The notes under the pieces: model-generated
The model's database searches: none
What the model saw: the letters and a program-made list of their open reading frames with translations, nothing else
What the model was told of the DNA's origin: nothing
Position numbers and translations under genes: made by a program
Shown here: piece after piece, positions 6,237 to 10,779 of the stretch
Numbering within the stretch: the first letter of the stretch is position 1
How the letters are laid out: each line of letters starts with the position of its first letter
Assembly: GCA_965648935.1 (NCBI GenBank)
Contig: CBFGIY010000075.1
Span: forward strand, 1-10,779
DNA length: 10,779 bases
Reading direction: 5' to 3'
Source: a candidate division WOR-3 bacterium
Lineage (GTDB): Bacteria > Hydrothermota > Tepidihabitantia > Tepidihabitantales > Tepidihabitantaceae

Positions 6237-6535
6237 GGTCTGGCTCCTTTCTTTGGGTTGAGGACGGAATGCAGGGCGGACTCAAGCAGCCGCTGCGCGC
6301 CCGGCGCGAGCCGGTAGTGGACGAAATACCCGCGCCGCTCCGGCCGAACCAGTCCTACCGACTTTAGGATGCGCAGGTGCTGTGACACCGCACCGGCTGA
6401 AATCCCGGTCAGGCGCGACAGCGCGCCGACGCACAGGACGTGCTTTGACAGCAGTTGCACGATACGCACCCGGCTCTCGGCCGCCAGCGCGGCAAACAAC
6501 GTCGCGTGCGCCCCGGCAGCATCGCTGGACTTCAT
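6194..6535 (-). CDS. Second ArsR/SmtB-family repressor
   Basis: LFAALAAESRVRIVQLL, LCVGAL, AVSQHLRILKSVGLV, ERRGYFVHY winged-helix pattern. Confidence 0.92.
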   Translation of the reverse strand: MKSSDAAGAHATLFAALAAESRVRIVQLLSKHVLCVGALSRLTGISAGAVSQHLRILKSVGLVRPERRGYFVHYRLAPGAQRLLESALHSVLNPKKGARPCVVEERSVGARRN

Positions 6536-6536
6536 C

Positions 6537-6570
6537 TAATTTAGTATACGCTAAAATACCGCGAGGTCAA
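6537..6570 (-). promoter_or_regulatory. ArsR#2 promoter with operator palindrome over the -10 box
   Basis: TTGACC (6570-6565) - 16 bp - TATACT (6548-6543). Inverted repeat TAtTTTAG-cgtata-CTAAAtTA (6558-6537). Confidence 0.8.
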
Positions 6571-6652
6571 CCACCGGCTCTCTGACGGCGAGTACCGTCT
6601 CGCGGCCACCCCGAAGACCTCTCACAGCAGGAGCATCCTACATCTCCGCCAT

Positions 6653-6812
6653 TCGCTCATCGCTCAGCGCTTGACGTCCTGTCTGCCCATTTTGGCTTCT
6701 GCCTTTTGGCCTTTGGCTTCTGGCTCTATCTGCCAGCACCTCTCTGTCCCCCTTGTCCTCCCATACCTCTTCTGTCGCTTGGCCGCTGGGCCACTCGACC
6801 ACTTGACCGCTC
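6653..6812 (+). repeat. Patchwork of degenerate 7- and 8-bp tandem repeats
   Basis: TCGCTCA x3, degenerate (6653-6673); TTTGGCT/TCTGCCT/TTTGGCC/TTTGGCT/TCTGGCT (6691-6725); GGCCGCTG/GGCCACTC/GACCACTT/GACCGCTC (6781-6812). Confidence 0.8.
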
Positions 6813-6837
6813 CTTTCAGGGCTTGACAAACTTCCGC

Positions 6838-6864
6838 TTGACACCCCCCCCGTTTTCGTATTAT
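6838..6864 (+). promoter_or_regulatory. Sigma70-type promoter for the plus-strand cassette, with a C8 tract in the spacer
   Basis: TTGACA (6838-6843) - 15 bp including C8 (6844-6851) - TATTAT (6859-6864). GCTTGACA is duplicated at 6821-6828 and 6836-6843. Confidence 0.65.
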
Positions 6865-6872
6865 CCGGCATC

Positions 6873-7109
6873 ATGTATTGGTCTGTGAGGACAGACCGTG
6901 AGACTATGAAAGCGGATGCTGCAACGGCATCCAAATCGTCCGAAACGTCGGTTCCCAAGAGAGACAACGTCCGCAAGGACTGTGCCGGTTCTGCCCAAGG
7001 GCAGCGCGGCAGACACGGCGCAAGAACAGAAGATAGCGCTGCCCCGGCGGCACCGGCCGAAATGAATAGTGCACATCCGAGGTGCGCGGATGTGGGTTCT
7101 CGGAGGTGA
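6873..7109 (+). CDS. Possible 78-aa low-complexity hypothetical protein or leader ORF
   Basis: ATG lies 8 nt after the -10 box; the stop overlaps the SD of the next gene. No recognisable motif. Confidence 0.3.
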   Translation: MYWSVRTDRETMKADAATASKSSETSVPKRDNVRKDCAGSAQGQRGRHGARTEDSAAPAAPAEMNSAHPRCADVGSRR

Positions 7110-7110
7110 T

Positions 7111-7803
7111 ATGCAGACTGGTAACTCAGTGCGTACGGCGCTGTTCAGCCGCAGAGTGATCAGAATCTGTTTTGTTGTGACGCTTTGCCTTGCCGCAGCA
7201 GCAGTGCTTACGGGGTCGTCGTATGCTGGCGAGTATGAGAAAACGATGCAGCAGATCCGAGAGTGTAGAGAGAGGATACGCTCGGCTGAGCAAGCACTCG
7301 CCAAGTATGATGCCGAACTGAGCGCGAAGCTTTCAGGAATGGACCCGAGCACTAACGAATACTGGAATACTCTGCTTTCCGGTGGACTTGGAACTTGGAT
7401 TCTGACTCTGGTGTACGGAGACCCGCGGAAGATGAAAGAGGACTTACTGAATCTCGAGATGAAGGCTCAGTCACTGCGGCCGTCAACAAGCTACGAGCCG
7501 CACCTCAACTATTCGTATGGTAACCCCGGTGGCAGCTGTTATGTCGCCACCGCCGCGTACGGCACGCCCGACGAGTCAGAAGTCCTTGTTCTACGCGAGT
7601 TCAGAGACAAATACTTGCTGACGAACGCGCTTGGGCGTATGCTTGTGGCAATCTACTACGTAACGAGTCCGCCAGCAGCAGGGTTGATTGCTAAGTCCCC
7701 ACAGGCCCGCGCCGCAACAAGGCTGATGCTGCGGCCGGTTGTGCGCGCTGTGGCACCGCTCGTCGGCAAGTCAGAGGGCAGGAAGGAACGCAAGGCAGAT
7801 TGA
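7111..7803 (+). CDS. Secreted/membrane protein with a C-terminal CFI-box-CTERM-like domain
   Basis: GGAGG (7102-7106) before ATG 7111; signal-like hydrophobic stretch ending SSYA; coiled-coil-like segment; GGSCYVATAAYG...EVxVLREFRDKYLL...GRxLVxxYYxxSPPxA motif from 7537. Confidence 0.85.
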   Translation: MQTGNSVRTALFSRRVIRICFVVTLCLAAAAVLTGSSYAGEYEKTMQQIRECRERIRSAEQALAKYDAELSAKLSGMDPSTNEYWNTLLSGGLGTWILTLVYGDPRKMKEDLLNLEMKAQSLRPSTSYEPHLNYSYGNPGGSCYVATAAYGTPDESEVLVLREFRDKYLLTNALGRMLVAIYYVTSPPAAGLIAKSPQARAATRLMLRPVVRAVAPLVGKSEGRKERKAD

Positions 7804-7831
7804 CCGTCAAGAACTACTACAGGAGGCAGGA

Positions 7832-9010
7832 ATGAAACAGGTGTTCTTGCTGGCGTTGGCCGGCGCAGGCAGCATTTTCGCCGCAGGGTTCTCAGCGGAT
7901 TTCTCCCGCAGCGAGATATCCACCTCTGGGGCATGCGCCGTGTCCAGGAACTATGCAGCATACAACAGCAGCTACGGCAGTAGTTGGGTGCTCTACCGCC
8001 CGGGGGAAAGCTCAATTCAGGTGGATTTCGACATTCCAAGCAACGTGCTGGTGGGCGGCGCTAGTGTCACGATAACGCACCTGACCTCGTACTCCCAGGA
8101 CGCAAGGGGTAACGGCTACGCCCCAGTCACCTTGGCGATGAATGGGCAGCGTTTCGCAACGGAATACGATGTCGCCGAGCATCACGATGGCAGTCACGGC
8201 TTTGAGACCGACCGGTGGGGCAACCTGTCCGTGGCGCAGGGGAGAAACACGCTCTCGATTTCGTATTGCGGGGATGCCGAGACGCATTACTGGATTCAAT
8301 CTATTAGAATCGAAGTCACCGAACGGCCTCCTTCTGGAGTCATTGGTCCTGCAAGCGGCAGCAGTAGTGTCCGATTGCTGCCCTGCGAACTGGTCGCCGC
8401 TTCCGCGATTGATAACTACAACTTCATCGAGCCTTTCATCTGGAGCTTTAACGTCGGAGCCAAACGTGACATCACATACAATCCGGAAACAGGAAAGCTC
8501 CACTTTGCCCTTGAGGGGATTCAGGGGAAGTACAGCGACAGAACAGAGGTGACGGTTCTCTTTCAGGGACTTGGTGTGCGGAGCCTCGCGCTTCGCAACG
8601 GCGGCGATGGTTTCCGAACGTTGCCCGGGACGTACGTGAACGTCAGCGAAAACCCCAGTGATGTGCTCATGGCTCCCGCCTTCTACGCGAGTATCGTCAA
8701 TTGGGACAGCGACCTGGTCTTCGCGGCCACTTTGCCTGAGCAGCCGCAGGGCGAGTTCTCAATCACCATATACGCTCAGAACCCTTCGCTCAGTGCTCGT
8801 CTTGTTGGGGACTTCGGCAATCTTGTGTTCAGCCCCGTCATTACTATGGTCAAGCTACTGGGTTATTATGACACCTACGCGGTTTCCTCCGCCACCTACC
8901 AGTGTACGTTTGAGTCAAGCCTTTCGGCCGCTGGTCGTCAGAGGACAACCCGACAGGTGTGGTTCATCCTGAAATCGCTCTTCAGCAGCTACCTCAGATT
9001 GAAGCCGTAG
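7832..9010 (+). CDS. 392-aa secreted hypothetical protein; N-terminal beta-sandwich possibly carbohydrate-binding
   Basis: AGGAGG before ATG 7832; signal peptide MKQVFLLALAGAGSIFAA; beta-rich domain (NGQRF...QGRNTLSI...YWIQSIRI), then a P/S/G linker and a second domain. Confidence 0.78.
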   Translation: MKQVFLLALAGAGSIFAAGFSADFSRSEISTSGACAVSRNYAAYNSSYGSSWVLYRPGESSIQVDFDIPSNVLVGGASVTITHLTSYSQDARGNGYAPVTLAMNGQRFATEYDVAEHHDGSHGFETDRWGNLSVAQGRNTLSISYCGDAETHYWIQSIRIEVTERPPSGVIGPASGSSSVRLLPCELVAASAIDNYNFIEPFIWSFNVGAKRDITYNPETGKLHFALEGIQGKYSDRTEVTVLFQGLGVRSLALRNGGDGFRTLPGTYVNVSENPSDVLMAPAFYASIVNWDSDLVFAATLPEQPQGEFSITIYAQNPSLSARLVGDFGNLVFSPVITMVKLLGYYDTYAVSSATYQCTFESSLSAAGRQRTTRQVWFILKSLFSSYLRLKP

Positions 9011-9094
9011 GGCTACAGCAAGGGATTTCGGTGGCCGTAGCCGGATAGCGCGGACGGGCGGAAACCGTCGGGCTGAGCGACCGAGGCAGCAGGC

Positions 9095-9835
9095 TCAGGT
9101 CTTCGCGGACGTAAGGCCGAAGTAGGCAGTCTTGGCCCGGGAACGGGGTATCGCTTTCTCAGCTAGGAAGGAGAGCGCCTCGACAATCGCCTGCAGCCTG
9201 TCACCGGGGAAGCCGAGCACCGCTTCGTTGGGGCCGATGTCGGTGGCTTCGCGGCAACCGTAGCAGCCGAAGGTGAAGTTGAGCCGTCTTTCCAGAAAGG
9301 GGATAATTGTCGAGTCTACGCACGTTGCCTGCAATACCGCGGTGCTGGCCGTGCGCCGCTCGCCGCCCGCGACGTTGAGGTCGGCGAGGAGAATCCACAT
9401 CAGCCGCTCGGGCAGGTCTTCGACGACAACCACGTCGGGCAGGAACGGGCAGGCGGACAGGGGCGCGGCCGCGATGGTCTTGACCGCTCCGGCCGCGAGT
9501 CGAGGCATGTCGCGGAACATCGTGTGGCCGGTCTCGGGCGCGGCGACGATGCCGAACCCGACCAGGCCTTTGCCGTGGGCCAGGCCTTCGGGGAGTTCGC
9601 GCAGGCCGAAAGCGGCCGCGGCCGCAGGGCAGGCAAGCTCGGCATCCTCAAGCAGCACCGGCTTGCCGGAGCGTGCCCTCATCAGTAACTGACAGTAGCG
9701 GTGGCGCTCTACCCGCTCAAAGCCCTCGAACGGCTTGAGGTCGGGATCTGCCTTGAGCAGGAAGACGCCGACCGGGTCGTGCTCAAGGCCGATGACTGTC
9801 CGCAGGCGGTCGGACAACTGTCGCAGGTCGCTCAT
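9095..9835 (-). CDS. DUF169-family Cys-motif protein
   Basis: PVGV, RYCQLLMRARSG, LACPAAAAAFG, PDVVVV..PE..MW, QATCVD, FGCYGCR motifs; SD AAGGAG. Confidence 0.88.
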   Translation of the reverse strand: MSDLRQLSDRLRTVIGLEHDPVGVFLLKADPDLKPFEGFERVERHRYCQLLMRARSGKPVLLEDAELACPAAAAAFGLRELPEGLAHGKGLVGFGIVAAPETGHTMFRDMPRLAAGAVKTIAAAPLSACPFLPDVVVVEDLPERLMWILLADLNVAGGERRTASTAVLQATCVDSTIIPFLERRLNFTFGCYGCREATDIGPNEAVLGFPGDRLQAIVEALSFLAEKAIPRSRAKTAYFGLTSAKT

Positions 9836-10140
9836 GGATTCTGTCTCCTTCTATAGCCGCGAATGACGGCCAGCCAGCGCCGGCCGTGGTTCAGGATGAG
9901 CGCACCGAGTACGCCGAGGATGCCGACGATACCGATGCTGACCGGAAAGTCGGGGCGGCCGTAGCTGGAACAGGCTGAGCCGAACGCCAGGTACGCGGCG
10001 CTGATTGCGGCCCAATGGCGGGAGAAGCGCAGAAGCCCGGCCAGCACCCGCACGGCGCGGCTGCGGGGAATGGCAGGCGGGGTCGGCGGGAGCCGGACAA
10101 CTACCCGCAGACGGCCGGACGGTTCGTGCAGGTCGTTCAC
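9832..10140 (-). CDS. 102-aa small membrane protein, Cys-depleted paralog of 10137-10427
   Basis: GTGA overlap with the upstream stop (10140-10137) and ATGA overlap with DUF169; two hydrophobic segments; about 39/72 identities to its neighbour. Confidence 0.75.
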   Translation of the reverse strand: MNDLHEPSGRLRVVVRLPPTPPAIPRSRAVRVLAGLLRFSRHWAAISAAYLAFGSACSSYGRPDFPVSIGIVGILGVLGALILNHGRRWLAVIRGYRRRQNP

Positions 10141-10427
10141 TTCTTGTGTCGCCCTATGCGATTGCGGACCGCGGTGAACCCGCGGTGGCCGTAGTTGATA
10201 ATGAGCGAGCCGAGCGCGCCGAAGATGCCCGCAACGCCGATGCCGACCGGACAGCCGGGATTGCCGCAACAAGGGCAGGTGCCGCCTCCCATCGCCGCGT
10301 AGGCGGCGGAGATTCCGGCCCAGAGTCCGAGGAAACGGAGTAGGTTCGCAAGCACACGCGCGGCCCGACTTCCGGGGACGACGGACGGTGCCGCTGCCGG
10401 CGTCACTTTGGGCTGCAGTGTGGGCAT
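10137..10427 (-). CDS. 96-aa small membrane protein with a CPCCGxPGCP loop
   Basis: Two hydrophobic segments flank GGTCPCCGNPGCPVG. ATG 10427 chosen because the longer track ORF overlaps the BFD-like gene; SD weak. Confidence 0.78.
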   Translation of the reverse strand: MPTLQPKVTPAAAPSVVPGSRAARVLANLLRFLGLWAGISAAYAAMGGGTCPCCGNPGCPVGIGVAGIFGALGSLIINYGHRGFTAVRNRIGRHKK

Positions 10428-10648
10428 GTGCAGCCGTCTGGTTCCTTCGTGCCGGTTTCCTCCTTGAGAATGACAATGATGTCCGGGATGCAGCAGGTAC
10501 CCTTCGGGTTCAGCTCCTTGCAGCGGTCGCCGACTCCAGCGCCGGTTGTTTCCTGAATCTGCTTGAGCGTCGTCGCCCCGGCGCGGATGGCGGAGACAAT
10601 CCGACCGCGCGTTACCTTGCCGCAATAGCAGACGAGCGGGTCGGTCAC
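10403..10648 (-). CDS. BFD-like [2Fe-2S]-binding protein
   Basis: VCYCGKVT..IxxAIxxGA.TL..I...TGAG...C...NPxGxCC, plus a C-terminal CTCPHC; GTGA overlap with the upstream gene. Confidence 0.85.
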   Translation of the reverse strand: MTDPLVCYCGKVTRGRIVSAIRAGATTLKQIQETTGAGVGDRCKELNPKGTCCIPDIIVILKEETGTKEPDGCTCPHCSPK

Positions 10649-10779
10649 GGCTTCTGCGCCAGCGCGTCCACGACCGCGGCGACGACCTTGGCGATGTCGT
10701 CGTTGGTGTGGTCGAACTGGCCGTGCTTCCTGATGCCGAGTTCGGTGACTACGACGTGGACCGCCGGCTTCACGCCGAC
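10645..10779 (-). CDS. 3' end of a probable DGC-domain (putative zinc-binding) protein
   Basis: Not in the ORF track. Reads ...VGVKPAVHVVVTELGIRKHGQFDHTNDDIAKVVAAVVDALAQKP*. HxVxTELGIxK is typical of DGC-protein C-termini in ars clusters. Confidence 0.65.
   Translation of the reverse strand, partial: VGVKPAVHVVVTELGIRKHGQFDHTNDDIAKVVAAVVDALAQKP

Noticed and set aside
759..6585. Many 60-226 aa plus-strand ORFs (e.g. 865-1410, 2946-3626, 5025-5531) and minus-strand ORF 3706-4140
   Set aside because: Antisense or off-frame to well-supported genes; such ORFs are expected in GC-rich DNA.
6653..6812. CRISPR array or iterons
   Set aside because: Units are only 7-8 bp, degenerate and contiguous, with no spacers and no cas or rep gene.
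7069..7831. Upstream starts at 7069 and 7739 for the cassette genes
   Set aside because: ATG 7111 and ATG 7832 have SD sequences and place the signal peptides at or near the N-terminus.
6638..8503. Minus-strand ORFs 6638-6976, 6861-7352, 7656-8039 and 8012-8503
   Set aside because: Antisense to the plus-strand cassette or translations of the tandem repeats; no motifs.
9011..9094. Intrinsic terminator or IS end between the convergent genes
   Set aside because: Only short stems (GGCTAC/GTAGCC, GACGG/CCGTC), no U-tract, and no matching terminal repeat or target duplication at the cassette's left side.
10141..10625. N-terminal extensions of track ORFs 9832-10476 and 10137-10625
   Set aside because: Arg-rich off-frame readings of neighbouring genes; paralogy and the GTGA overlap support starts at 10140 and 10427.

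Overview
GC-rich bacterial DNA holding a mosaic, mostly minus-strand metal(loid)/thiol-redox cluster of the ars type. Read right to left it contains: a DGC-type Zn-binding protein (partial), a BFD-like Cys protein, two tandem paralogous small membrane proteins, DUF169, [a plus-strand two-gene secreted-protein insert], ArsR#2, an unannotated 45-aa Cys/His-rich peptide, a cupin, a split two-gene ArsP/DUF318-like permease, ArsR#1, an ArsP-type permease, a Cys-extended small thioredoxin, a permease remnant, a 562-aa three-domain putative nuclease, a second small thioredoxin, a truncated copy of the BFD-like gene, and a DsrE2-type sulfur-carrier gene (partial). Several real-looking elements are missing from the supplied ORF track: the DsrE2 gene, the DGC gene end, the 45-aa peptide and two pseudogene remnants. 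The best novelty candidates are (i) the 562-aa fusion (restriction-enzyme-type N-terminal domain + Vsr/PD-(D/E)XK-like nuclease + degenerate nitrilase-like domain) lodged between duplicated thioredoxin genes, (ii) the hidden metallothionein-like peptide, (iii) a repeated TTGACN-16 bp-TAnnnT promoter with a start codon only 7-8 nt downstream (leaderless), including one copy with a C8 tract in a 15-bp spacer, and (iv) a structured leader with a Cys-containing mini-ORF ahead of dsrE2. All family calls come from motif recognition by eye; no searches were run.
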